The position numbers and the translations under genes are program-made. 64,000 nt of DNA from Anthoceros angustus (taxonomy: Eukaryota; Plantae; Anthocerotophyta). The first letter of the stretch is position 1; every line of letters starts with the position of its first letter. Shown here one piece after another: positions 11,112 to 22,349 of the stretch. The notes below the pieces were generated by a model. That model ran no database searches. It had not been told where the DNA came from and saw nothing but the letters and a program-made list of their open reading frames with translations. Location: the NCBI GenBank assembly GCA_010909165.1, contig MU008183.1:806001-870000 (forward strand). Reading direction: 5' to 3'.

Positions 11112-13460
11112 AGGCAAGTCCGCTGGTGGTACCCACGTTTGGGGAACAATCCTTACATCAAGATTCGGCAAGTGACATGGAGCTAAATGTTTCATATGCT
11201 CCTTGCACCTTCTGCCATCCCGTCCTTCGAGTTCCACTACTCCTTGCTCACCCACATTTACCACCCTGAGAATCAACCTGCCAGTGCTGACATCTAATGT
11301 GCTTGCTGGTCTGTGTTGTAGGTACACATAATCTCCTGGTGCGAATTTCCTGGCCTTGGGCTTCCATGAGCCCCCCCGCGTGTGAGCATATCTCAACTGG
11401 TCTCTGTGCTGTGCAATCGCAAGATTGTCCATAGCCATGGGCAGAATCCTTCGGAACATTTCTGCTCTAGCTTGCACTTGCTGTAAGCACACCTCCATAT
11501 TCCTACTCCAATCTACAGGAGTAGAATATTTGTCTTGCACCACATTGGGCAAAACTGCATTCCTTCCGAACAACAGTGAAGCTTCCCAATGCTGCCTGCA
11601 CACTCACTCTATAACCCAACACAATATAGGGAAGTAATTCATCCCAGCACTTGGGTTCCACAGTGATCGATGCTTCGAGGCGTCCTTGAATGTCCGAACC
11701 AACCTTTCGCGGACCATCGCCTTGAGGATGATCCTGGGCGTTCTCCGTGATCAATCGACTTCATCCCGGCAAAGATTCTCCTCTGAATTCATTGCCTTGA
11801 TCGGTGAGCACCTCGCACAACTTCCAAATCTAGTACACACCGCAGAAAGGCTCACTGGTGTAATATGAGGTTCTTTGAGGCGTAAATGCTACCTCCACCC
11901 ACTTGAGAAGTGCTCAATCATCACCATACGGTGTGATTTCCTTGCTTTGTCAATGGTAGTTCCGGCATCAAGTCCACCGACCACCTGAAAAACAAACCCG
12001 GATTGGTAAAGAGTGTAACACAACATCTTGTGTGTTAAACCCCTTCATGCATCACTGCACTGCGACTAGCCACCACTCTTTCCACATCTCATACATGCCG
12101 GACCAAAATATGTGGTCTTGACATGTGGTGTGTCCTTTTACACCAAAGTGACCTAGTGTTTCATGCACTTTAATCACAATCCTGTCCTTTCTTCAGGACT
12201 TGGCACTTTCCTTACAACCTCTCCTTCCTGTGGCAACTCTCCATCCCGCCATGAGTGTCGGCCACTCGTCTCGTAGTCAGCGCTTGGTCTTGACATTAGG
12301 TCTGTACCTTCTTTGCGGTACCAGCTTGCTTGAATGCCTCGGATGTCCCAGCGGACTCTGTTAAGATCGGCTCTCCTCCTGTTCACCTTCGATTGCCATG
12401 AGTGCCATGAAACCGCTGGGCACATTTTCCATGTGTCCTAGGTCTGTCGTGCAATCGCAAGATTGTCCATAGCCATGGGCGAGAATCCTTGAACATTTCG
12501 CTCTAGCTTGCACTTCGTAAGCACACCTCCATATTCCTACTCCAATCTACGGAGTAGAATATTTGTCTTGCACCACATTGGGCAAAGCGCATTCCTTCCA
12601 ACAATGTAAAATAAGGATCAAGCTTCCCAATGCTGCACTCACTCTATAACCCAACACAATATAGGAAGTAATTCATCCCAAAGACTTGGGTTCCACGGTG
12701 ATGCGATTTCGAGAGCGCCCTTGAATGTCCGAACCAACCTTTCGCGGACCATCGCCTTGAGGATGATCCACGGACGTTCTCCGTGATCAATCATTCGAAC
12801 GCCCTGAATTCTCCTCTGAATTCGTTGCCTTGATCAGTGAGCACCTCCGCACAGCTTCCAAATCTACTCAGCACACACTGCAGAAAGGCTCTGCTGGTGT
12901 AATATGAGGTCCTCTGAGGCGGAAACGCTACCTCCACCCACTTGGAGAAGTGCTCAATCATCACCATACAGTGACGATTTCCTTGTTTTGTCAATGGTAG
13001 CTCCGGCATCAAATCCACCGACCACCTAAAGAACAAACCTCGGATTGGTAAGGAGTGCAACACAACATCTTGTGTGTTAAACGCCTTCAACGCATCACGC
13101 TGACTAGCCACCACTCTTTCCACATCTCGCATACATGCGGACAAAATATGTGGTCTTCGATGTGGTGTGTCCTTTTACACCAAAGTGACCTAGTGTTTCA
13201 TGCACTTTAATCACAATCCTCGTTCTTTCTTGAGGACTTGGCACCTTCTTTACAACCTCTCCTTCCTGTAGCAGCAACTCTCCATCCCGCCATGATCGCC
13301 ACTGCCTCGTAGTCCGCCGCATCGACATTAGGTACAGACCTTCTTTGAGCGGTAACGCTTGTGAATGCCTCGGATGTCCTGACTGTTAAGATCCGCCTCC
13401 TCCTGCTCACCTTCGATCGCCATGAGTGCCATGAAACCGCTGGGCACATTTTCCATGTGT
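11112..13460 (-). CDS. Gypsy integrase (H2C2 + DDE + GPY/F region), present as a ~1-kb tandem duplication
   Basis: VHETLGHFGVK; WSVDLMPELP..GNRHCMVMIEHFSKWVE..VLTDQGNEF (12791-13144); HPQ.DG..ER; WDELLPYIVLGYR; FAPGDYVYL. Confidence 0.9.
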
Positions 13461-13499
13461 CCTAGGTCTCGTGTGGGCATCACAAGATTTCGCATGGAT

Positions 13500-14760
13500 T
13501 CCTACTCAAACCATCCGCATTGTGGTGCACCTTGCCTGCCCTATGCACAATCTCCATGTCATATTCGAGAGCAATGCCCACCGGCCAGCTTTCCGCTCAA
13601 CTTCATGTCAGTCATGAGCCAATGAAGTGGTTGATGATCCGTCACCAACTGGAAACGCCTTCCAAGAGCAAATTAAATGCAACACTGCATCGCAGAAGAC
13701 ACTCTCCTTCATATGAGGAGTAGTTTACCTCTGAATTGTTGGATCGCTTGCATAAGCCACAACTCGCTCCATTCCTTGCGTCGTGACAAGATCGCTCCTA
13801 TCCCCGCAACTCCAATGTATGAACAAACGGCTTCTCAAAGTCCGGTCTAACCATGGGGCTTCTCACCAATTGATCCCTTAGATCTTGCCGGCTAGCTCAT
13901 TCTTGATCCCATTTTCCAAGTTACCCTTCTTCAAAGATCTCATACAAGGGTTTGCATGTGGAACGAGGTCTTTCATAAACCTCCGTAGTAGTTCACCAAC
14001 CCGAAATGCTCTAAGGCTGCCACATCCTTGGGCCTAGGCATCCGCATCACGGCTGCACCTTAGCCAAGCTGGCATGATTCCTCCCGCACAATTTCATGTC
14101 CAAGATACTCAATCCGCTTGAATGCAAATTTGCACTTTTTCGGATGAGCTTTCAAGCTGATTTGGACAATCTTTGCAAAGAGTCTCCGGATGATCCATAT
14201 GTTCCTCGATGGTGTCACGAAAACTAGGATGTCGCCAATGTAACAACGCAAACGGCGGATCCTGCACTCCAAGTCCGCAATTTCATGTCCAAGATACTCA
14301 ATCCGCTTGAATGCAAATTTGCACTTTTGGATGAGCTTTCAAGCCCGATTTGGACAATCTTTGCAAAGAGTCTCCGGATGATCCATATGTTCCTCGATGG
14401 TGTCGCTGAAAACTAGGATGTCAATGTAACAACGCACAACAGATCCTGCAGCCCAAGTCCGCAATTCTGGAAATATATGGAAGCATTTTTCAGCCCGAAG
14501 GGCATAGTCTCCCATTCCCAAAGCTGATCCTTTCCCCAGAAAGCCGTTTTGCTCTTGTCCTGCTCCTCAATCACAATCTGATTGAAACCTGAGCGGAAAT
14601 CCAAAGTGGTAAAGTACTTTGCCTTACCAATTGCATCAAAAATCTCATCTGGAGTAGGCATGGGATACCGCTCCATCAACGTTACTTCGTTGAGAGGTCG
14701 ATAGTCCCCACACATTCGCCTATCTTTCCACTCGCCATTTTCGTCCTTCTTCAGTGGGAA
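13500..14760 (-). CDS. Gypsy reverse transcriptase and RNase H, frameshifted, with an internal 189-bp duplication
   Basis: CGDYRPLN..YPMPTPDEIFD..YFTTLDFRSGFNQI..KTAFW..MPFGLKNA (14413-14715); YID(D)ILVFS; KCKFAFKRIEYLGH; RNase H SSYEGECL and LVTDHQPL.WLM. Confidence 0.9.
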
Positions 14761-15404
14761 CAGACATTCGAGCTTGATTTCGAATCAATCGCTTCACCTC
14801 CTCGACAACGCTTGTCCACAATTTCCCACTACCGGACTCAACCTATGCCTTCTTAAGATAGGCTCGAGCTAGTGGTAACAATCTTGAACTTGATCTTTTC
14901 TTCCTAGCTCATTCCATGAGCAAAAGCACCTCTGTTTTCTCGAGCATGTCGATGATCTTTTGTTTGTCCTCCTCGATGGCGTCTTCATCAATCTTCCGAC
15001 GTGAACCTCCTTGGTGACACTCTTGGTTACAAACTCTGTTTCCACAGTGACCATGCCAAACATGTCTTGGGTTCCTTCCCTTTCATCCGCCTCTGCTTTC
15101 CATCTTCCTAGGCTGCGATGGCTCTTTTCCTAGCTCATTCCATGAGCAAAAGCACCTCTGTTTTCTCGAGCATGTCGATGATCTTTTGTTTGTCCTCTGG
15201 ACTGACGTCTTCATCAATCTTCCAGACGTGAACCTCCTTGGTGACACTCTTGGTTACAAACTCTGTTTCCACAGCAGCCATGCCAAACATGTCTTGGGTT
15301 CCTTCCCTTTCATCCGCCTCTGCAGGCTTTCCATCTTCTGCTAGCTGCAAGTGATGGCTCTTTTTTCCTTCACCTCCTGCCAACTGAAATGCCAATCCGG
15401 TACT

Positions 15405-16322
15405 CACTAACCACCTTAAGTCATAGATCGAATGCCCTGTCCCAAAGAACTTGTGTTTGGACGCCTCACTCACACCCATGGTCTGCGACTTCTTGGCAAA
15501 TCCCATGGCTTGTTCGCGTTCCTCCACATTGAGCTCTCCTAGCTCCTCTCCCTTTGAGTCCAGGATCACGCCATCTCCTCCTCGCCTGAATGCGTAGGAT
15601 TGTGGCGTGCTTACCAAAGTCGGCCACGCCCTCCTGGCTTCGCCAACTCTGTTCACTGGATAAAACGGAAGTTTGTCCATTTTCTTGACTTGCTGCGAGT
15701 ACCTTTCTGGTTCCATGATTTCACTCACAGTCTTCCGTGATGGAATCATGAGTGTTCTGTGCTGTCTCAGTGTCTCAAGTCCTGCAACGTTGGTCCAGTA
15801 GCTGCGAATCCTGTGTGCGTAAGAGCCACACTGCACAGCATCAATGACCAGCTCATTGCCGAACCATGATCGAACCTCCTCATACATCGCTCGACGGACG
15901 CTTGTCCAACGCTCCACACACGTTTTCCAAGATGTACCAAAGATCCGGGATTCACAAGTTGAACCTCCACGACAACTCCGACCTCGGCAAGGGAAACACC
16001 TTCGCCTTTCCCTCTTCCTGCCACTGAGAAGGTCTTACATTCCCATCCTGCGATGATCATATCCATCGGGCAGAGCGTGCAGCTGCTTCCTTCCCACAAG
16101 CTTCAGATCCGTGGGCAGCCTGCTCTGACAACCTCTCACTGCGTCTTCTCTTAGAGATGGAAATAACTTGCACAACTCGAGAATTATTGCCACGACTCTA
16201 GCCTTCTCGTCCTTTTCCACATGTGTGTAGCGCAAACCTTGATGCCACATTGAAGCACCGCCCAATCCGCCGATTCTCGAGCACAATTCCAACAAGTGAA
16301 TTCCTTCGAACTTGCTCTCCAT
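15405..16322 (-). CDS. C5 cytosine DNA methyltransferase domain inserted between protease and RT
   Basis: Motifs occur in canonical order across small frameshifts: I LLELCSRIGG, II THVEKD, IV DMIIAGWECKTFSVAG, VI YILENV (15919-15936), VIII IDAVQCGSYAHRIRSYWTN, IX EEREQAMGF, X LGQGI (after a 1-nt shift) followed by LRWL. Confidence 0.88.
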
Positions 16323-16739
16323 CGCACTACCGAATCATTGATTCGCCTTCCCTCCGTCTTGGCGGGCTTCATGTTTAGTATGGATCTCTCCGGACATGTG
16401 TCGGTGAGATTCCAGGCGATTCTCCTTTCGTGATTTTCTCGAACCCTTGCCTCCTCAAGGTGCTCGAGCGCGATCTTCAAGACTCCCTTTCCGCTCTGCG
16501 GGTTTGGTGCTTCCCGAGAGGACAATTCCTCCCTCCTCCCACATCTCGGTCTCGTGCTCAATTTGAGCACCGGAAGCCATCCGTCTCGACCATCTCGCAC
16601 TGGCCTTTTCGCCTCTTCATCGCTCCTTCTACCACTTTGCTCATGTTCAAGGGAATAGTTGCATGAAAATCCCTTGCTTCCACATGGTCGATAGAAGGCT
16701 TCTTCATACTGGATCAACTCCCATGGCGGGGCCATGTGT

Positions 16740-17030
16740 AGCATCCGCCTCTAACAAAGACATCGTAGGACGTGGCAGTCACCAAACACGAACCTCCATT
16801 GTGGTCGCATCCTCTGGCTCGGCTTCAACTCGATCTTGATCGGTTTCGGTCATCCCCATCACCATTTCCTTCTGCTGAAGTAGTGATGCTTACATCGCTT
16901 GGTACCAGCTTGCGCCATATAGCTTGAGAGCGCAGAGCTCCCAACAATCCGGATCTCGCTTCCGGTCCACCAAAGACATCGATCGGTGCAAATCCAAAGG
17001 TAATTTCCGGTTTGTTGTCAATCATGGCAA
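16740..17030 (-). CDS. Gypsy aspartic protease, degraded by indels
   Basis: C-terminal motif VTATSYDVFV.G (a YDVLLG equivalent) at the expected position. The catalytic DSG is not cleanly readable. Confidence 0.5.
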
Positions 17031-17269
17031 CACCTCCTTTACCCCGACGCTGTTTTTAGATGGTCTCCTCGCAGTACATCAAGCTGTTGGACTTCTCGGT
17101 TCTATCTCTTCCGATCCATTCCCTCATGATCTTCTTGAAATGTGAACTCTTGAGTCCAAGTTCCAGCAAATTGACCACAGGAACCTCCATGGCCTTCTCC
17201 AACAGTGCTTCTACATCCACCTCCGGGTTAGAAGCCACCTGCGCAATAGTACCATCATCCACTTGCCTA

Positions 17270-18485
17270 AAACTTTCGGGCATTTTGCTTTGCTCTCGCT
17301 CGACGCGTGTCCTTGGCGAACCCTTCTCCGAGGTCAAGTGCGGTCTTCTTCTTCTTGCGAATCGCCATGCCATACACTTCTTCATCCGAGTCGAGAAAGA
17401 ATGCGTGACTGACCACCGCCATGTTAGCCATCCGCCGCATCTCTTCAACTTGCGCAAGAAGAGCCTTGCGACTAGGGCCTTTGCCCTTCTCCTTTTCACG
17501 CCCATTACCTTGGGCTTGAGCTCTGGATGAGCCTCCCAACATGCGGCTTCTATGTGGCCCCATCGACCACAAGCCTTGCAAACCTCCTTGCCCTTCGGCC
17601 TGTGTCCAAGTCACATTCAAATGACTTGTGTGCACCACGGCACCTACATTTGATGGCACCGACTGCGTTGTTCACGGTCTCTCCTTCGAATGGTGATTGT
17701 TTGGCCGAGGATCGCTGCCCAAATCGCCGCTACCGACCCTTATGAATCTGGATCCTCCTTGTCGAGCCGTAAGAAGTGCCGCTCGATCAAATTGTGATCC
17801 TCCGTATGCTTGATGACAGATCCCCTTTAGCACCTTCTCCGCAATCTTGTAGGCGTCGGTCAAACCATACTTTTCTCCATGAGCACCATGAAGAGCATCC
17901 ATTACCTTCCTTGCATCGGCATGCCATGAAAATTTCAGCAGCCTCCCGCATGGTCTTCACATCCGTATCCTCCACCAGGATCTTCAGCCTGATGTATGCA
18001 GCGTCTCATTGGACTTGAAACTAAAACGAGTCAGCTCTTGAATCTTCTCCAAGGATGATGTTGGAAACATGTCCTTCAATCTTTCGAACATGAGATCAAC
18101 CAAATACTCAAGCTCGTCCTCCTTGGACGGAGTGAGTGGTTTGCCAGCAACTCCTGCTGCAAGATCTGCTGTCCTCGTTCTCTGCCGATGCCAAGATGTC
18201 CTTCTTCTCGTCTCTGTAGTACATCAACGCCTCACCTGCCAGATATTCTGACATCTTCATGAGTGCCATTCTCTGGGTGAACTGATCCTTGTACTTCATC
18301 TTGTTTTCTGCCATTCCCCAGCGGAACTTCTCCTCAAAATCCGCCAGTGACATGCTCCCATGTTTTCCGGTGAAAACATCATTCTTGCTGGGCGTATTCT
18401 CCAGCTCCATTTGAATCGGCTCTTCGCTCCAGTCTCCAAACTGAGATCTCGTGATGGGCGTGTTGTCCCTGTCTTGGTCAGGCAT
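17270..18485 (-). CDS. Gag of the gypsy-MTase element with two zinc knuckles, frameshifted
   Basis: ORF from 18485 has VFTGKHGSMSLADFEEKF...YLAGEALMYY; CRCRGAHKSFEC and CKACGRWGHIEAAC-like knuckles lie at ~17540-17670. Confidence 0.7.
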
Positions 18486-18934
18486 CTTTTTGAAAGGTGA
18501 TCCGTAGATCTTCTGTCCCTTTCTAGACGATGACGAGCGGTGTCCCTCGTTACTCCGACCTCAAAAATACCTCAAAAATACCATCACGCCGAACTCTATG
18601 ACGATAACTGAGGAATGTTGTCAAACGGCAATCCTCGCCAACCGCCCAACTAGCTAAGAAAAGAGTGTCTGCTTTCTATCCAGAGACGCTCCCACACATA
18701 TGCAGGACCCCGGTGAGCCTAGCCAACTCGCAATGGTCGATTCGGACTACAACGGTCGAAATCGATGGTAGAATTCCTATCCATCGAAGTCATTCACTTA
18801 TCCGTGGAGCCTGCTTCGCTCCCCGCCATGGACCGTAGTCGCCCCTCGGGCTGGAAGATGATCGATTTCCGCCTCCTCCGGTCTCGGCGCCACAATGTCC
18901 TCCAATGCAGCCTGCCTCGCCTCCAAGCAATGAG

Positions 18935-18947
18935 GGATTGTAGATGT
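18935..18947 (-). promoter_or_regulatory. Self-priming primer-binding site (Tf1 type)
   Basis: ACATCTACAATCC on the minus strand, 2 nt inside the 5' LTR, is the exact reverse complement of GGATTGTAGATGT (19074-19062), which lies 25 nt downstream of the LTR TATA box. Confidence 0.75.
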
Positions 18948-18949
18948 GG

Positions 18950-19503
18950 TGAGATCAAGTTGGTTGCCCGAGGCTCCCACTTGATACTGCGGTTCCCAAA
19001 AGTCACAAGAGAAATGAGACAAGTGTAGGGACGAGTATGGCTGCCTTTTCCATTCATACAAACATCTACAATCCAAGAATCCATGGCGCCACATATATAG
19101 GCAAAACTGTGAGTTCTCGATGAAGTGCCTCCTCGTTCTCGATGGTAGGCACTTTAGGTATATTATAATCCTACTTTCCTTGGCCTTGAATAAATAATAA
19201 TGTTTATGAGTTCAACCATCTATTCGCCTTTTTCCTTGATTTACGATTTTTATGTGTTTTCAATATAGTTCCGATGCCTATATATGCGTCATGCCACCGC
19301 GCCTTACATACATAACCATGTATATAGATTGCATGTGTCATGACACATCGTCCGTTAACATGTCCACATACATCACATGTCATCCATCCGTCATGCATAC
19401 ATACCATGTGCATGCCATCCATGGCGCACATGCCATCACATGCACTTCGCATCCAAATCAAGTGGCTTATGCCAAATGGGATGCCAATCACCGCTGTGTT
19501 TCA
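18950..19503 (-). repeat. 5' LTR of the gypsy-MTase element
   Basis: About 554 bp direct repeat of 8606-9171, with a TATATAT box at 19093-19099. Confidence 0.8.
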
Positions 19504-19531
19504 TTTGCTCATTCATCTGTTACAGATGACA

Positions 19532-20415
19532 GGCCTCCTCGATCTTGGTTCCCCATTCTTTTTCTTTCTACTTTTTCCATGTGATTAGGAATTCGCACCA
19601 CCACAAATAATTCCACTTTTGTTACCCCGGAAGGTGTGGAAGAGTTGGATTCGCCATGAGATTTGTTTGGTGTGGAATAAGGTGTCCATTGGAAGGAGAA
19701 CTTTTGCCGCGGCCCTTCTTCCTCGCCTCTTCCAAAGATACATCACCGCCGGCCGGACTTGGGCTCATGGCGACTCGACTCCTCCGAATCATGGCCCGGC
19801 GAGTTCGCGACACCGATGTCGAGGTCGTCCTCGCATCAAGCCGCCTCAATTCTTTTGGCTTGTCAACCATGCCTGTGGTGAGAAATGGTCCAGAGGAGGG
19901 TGGGAGGGATATCAAGAGAACAAGGAATGCAACAAGTTCGAGACGGAGGTGTTGGTGGCGCTTCATATTGAGATCTAGCTTGCCGGAAAAGTGTTGATAT
20001 GGTGTTCGACAGTCGATTCCTTCATCTTTAGATTGAAGAGGTTACATCGCGTCATCATACTCATCACATCTCTTGAAGAATATAACTGAGCAAGGTGATC
20101 CCACATCTGTTTAGAAGTTTTTGCTTGACTGCATTATCTTACCATGTTCAAGTCTAGTCCACCGATCGAGGTCTTGAGCTTTTTCATCCTCGGCCCCTGT
20201 GTTTCTTTGCTTGAGCCCCATTGTGGTCCGGGTGTGGACCCACTTACAACGTCCCATAGATCTCGATTGCGGAAAAGTGCACGCATTCGCAAGCGCCAAA
20301 CGCCGTCACGCCCGCCCATTGAATCCTTCTCCTTAAACTGCCACCATAGTTGTGATTCACCACCAAGGTCGATTCATCTTTGGGTGGATCCTTCCTCCTC
20401 TCTCTTGTCGTCATG
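19532..20415 (-). pseudogene. Copia X gag (UBN2-type) with zinc knuckle
   Basis: FNGRDGVWRLRMRALFRNRDLWDVVSG, MWDHLAQLYS, C.WCRIPNHMEK knuckle at ~19560-19610. It rejoins the pol at 8433 in frame (GEPRSRSPLQAHVAS) if one extra base is removed. Confidence 0.75.
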
Positions 20416-20501
20416 TTGTTGTTTCTCCTTGTCCACGCTAACCAGCCATTGCGGTGGTCACATTGCAATTAAAGAGTCAAGCGCCACGCATTTCCTCATC
20501 A

Positions 20502-21080
20502 TCATGCATGAAATCTGCAAGGAGCAAGGCAAGGAGAAACCTTTTCTATCCTGGCATGTTTGTCAGGATGACAAGCAGCAGTAAGGGAAAGTTTGTGATG
20601 AAGACAGCTCAGCATGTGTGGATCAGTAAGCTCAAGGAGGCACTCATTGAGATCACGCACTTCTCTTGCTAACTCCTCTATGCTTGTTCTGCGTAGGGTG
20701 TGTTGATGGCGTGGTTCTCTGGTGAGAGTCTTTATCGAACTGAAGATTTCTTGCTTGCGTTGTTGTGAACCTGCATTGGAGACAGAAGGAAGAGGACCTG
20801 CTTGTAGATTTGGGATATGATCAAGAGCGAGTTCTATTGCTTTCACTTGACTTGAACTAAAGATAGTAAGCAAGTTTCTTCTAGCAATTTCTATTTGCCT
20901 CCCTTGATCTTCTACTTTGATTAGAATAGAGCCAATGAAGTTAGCAATAAGTATGGAATCTCCTACTATCTGGCTATACTTCCTAGCAATTCTAATCTTT
21001 GCATTCCTATATTCTATATCTTGTCTTGCAGCCTTAATCTTCTTCCAATAGCCTTGCTTGCGAGGATTAAAAGAATCCAT
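20502..21080 (-). CDS. Extra ORF upstream of gag in Copia X (coiled-coil-like, Cys/His-rich C-terminus)
   Basis: 192-aa uninterrupted ORF starting ~190 nt after the PBS and ending ~85 nt before gag. Confidence 0.55.
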   Translation of the reverse strand: MDSFNPRKQGYWKKIKAARQDIEYRNAKIRIARKYSQIVGDSILIANFIGSILIKVEDQGRQIEIARRNLLTIFSSSQVKAIELALDHIPNLQAGPLPSVSNAGSQQRKQEIFSSIKTLTREPRHQHTLRRTSIEELAREVRDLNECLLELTDPHMLSCLHHKLSLTAACHPDKHARIEKVSPCLAPCRFHA

Positions 21081-21269
21081 CGCGTTGGAGCAAGGATTGG
21101 ATGCACTGAGTGTGCATTATTGAAGATTAGGGAACCTACAAACATGACAGCAATCTTTGGCATGCAATCTAAAGAATCTATACATCATCTAAAAAGAAAT
21201 GAAGAAGAAGATGAAGAAGAAGAGTAGATCAGCATGTCAAGTTGCCCAATGCAAATAGAGAGCAACAAT

Positions 21270-21297
21270 GCTCTGATACCATGATGAGAATCATAGC
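21270..21297 (-). promoter_or_regulatory. tRNA-iMet PBS plus a 16-bp remnant of the Copia X 5' LTR
   Basis: TGGTATCAGAGC on the minus strand (21270-21281), abutting TGATGAGAATCATAGC, which matches positions 1-14. Confidence 0.8.
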
Positions 21298-21766
21298 CTT
21301 CACTCACAAAGGTTTTCTGACCACCTTTAGACAGGCCTCTAGGCAAATAGTGAAGTTGTTCTATCCCCAAAATGGTAAGTTGTTTTATGTGGCTTCAGGC
21401 ATCTTGCCAGAATCCCTAAGTTCAACGCACACCACGCACAGTTTGGTAGCTTCCAATATAGAAGCTACAACTACTTTATGGCACTTGCGCTTGGCCCACT
21501 TACACTTGCAGGGCATGTAGGGGATGTCAACCAACAATCTGGTCTTATGTTTACCTTCCAAGTTGGGCGCTTTACCTCTATGCCCCGGCTGTGTCGTAGG
21601 CAAGCACGCTAGCAAGTCCTACCCTAGATCACACTCTCAAACATCCCGTATCCTTGAGTTGGTGCATGCTGACCTTTGCGGACCTATGCACACAGCAAGG
21701 TTGTCAGGGAAACTATACATGTTTGTCCTGCTCGATGATTTTAGTCACTGGGCATACCTTTATTTC

Positions 21767-22028
21767 TGAAGGATCGTGTGGCAGCACATGATGGTGGAAA
21801 GAGAAGAAGAGAGGAGGAGGCAAGTGTAGCTCTCTCACATTGAGATGAGGCTTGGAGGGTATTTATACCCTTCAATAGGGCTCCCTAGGAAGCTCCACAA
21901 GAAGCCCCTAGGAAGGAGCACAAGAAGCTTCCTAGTGATTAGCTTCAGCTAAACTAATGATACTTAACTGACACCTAACTTAGACTAAGTGTATTAGTCT
22001 AAGTACATTGGGCTTTAATACCCTTACA
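21767..22028 (-). mobile_element. Solo LTR of the Copia-1 family with 5-bp TSD
   Basis: Flanked by ATTTC at 21762-21766 and 22029-22033. Removing it restores the Copia-3 integrase frame. Confidence 0.93.
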
Positions 22029-22349
22029 ATTTCCTCAAACACAAACCCGAGGCATTTCCTTGTTTCAAGATGTTTCAAGCTTATGTGGAGAACCACACTG
22101 GACAGAAGATCAAAATTTTTTGCATTAACAATGCAGGAGAACTTACATCACCACTTTTTGAGGGACATCTCCTCTCGCACGGGATACAACACCAGAAAAT
22201 TGTCCCGTATTCGCACCAACAATTGGGCAAAGCAGAGCGCTGTCATCGCTCCATCATAGACGGTGTCGCAGCTCTCTTCACACTGCTGGCCTTCCAACCT
22301 ACTTGTGGGCAGAGGCTGCCACTTGTGTCTGCTCACTACTAGGAAAAGT

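Larger units (their letters stand above)
8606..19503 (-). mobile_element. Ty3/gypsy LTR retrotransposon encoding a C5 DNA methyltransferase and a PHD finger (chromovirus-like RT)
   Basis: Direct repeats 8606-9171 and 18950-19503 with TG...CA ends and a purine-rich PPT at 9172-9189. Between them lie gag, PR, MTase, RT, RNase H, integrase and PHD motifs in gypsy order. No TSD was found at these exact ends. Confidence 0.85.

Noticed and set aside
10432-11200. Chromodomain at the integrase C-terminus
   Set aside because: No recognisable aromatic-cage chromodomain pattern; a PHD occupies that position.
18880-18895. TGGCGCCGAGACC as a tRNA PBS for the MTase element
   Set aside because: It lies about 60 nt from the LTR edge and is not preceded by CA; the 13-nt self-complementary site sits at the expected position.
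8606-19503. DIRS/tyrosine-recombinase element with an adenine methyltransferase
   Set aside because: It has a DDE integrase, direct LTRs and C5-type motifs (Cys in motif IV, ENV, RxR), not N6-MTase DPPY-type motifs.
20502-21281. Endogenous caulimovirid (Met PBS followed by a small AT-rich ORF)
   Set aside because: The ORF is followed by copia gag-pol and the PBS abuts an LTR end; no movement protein or caulimovirid RT is seen.
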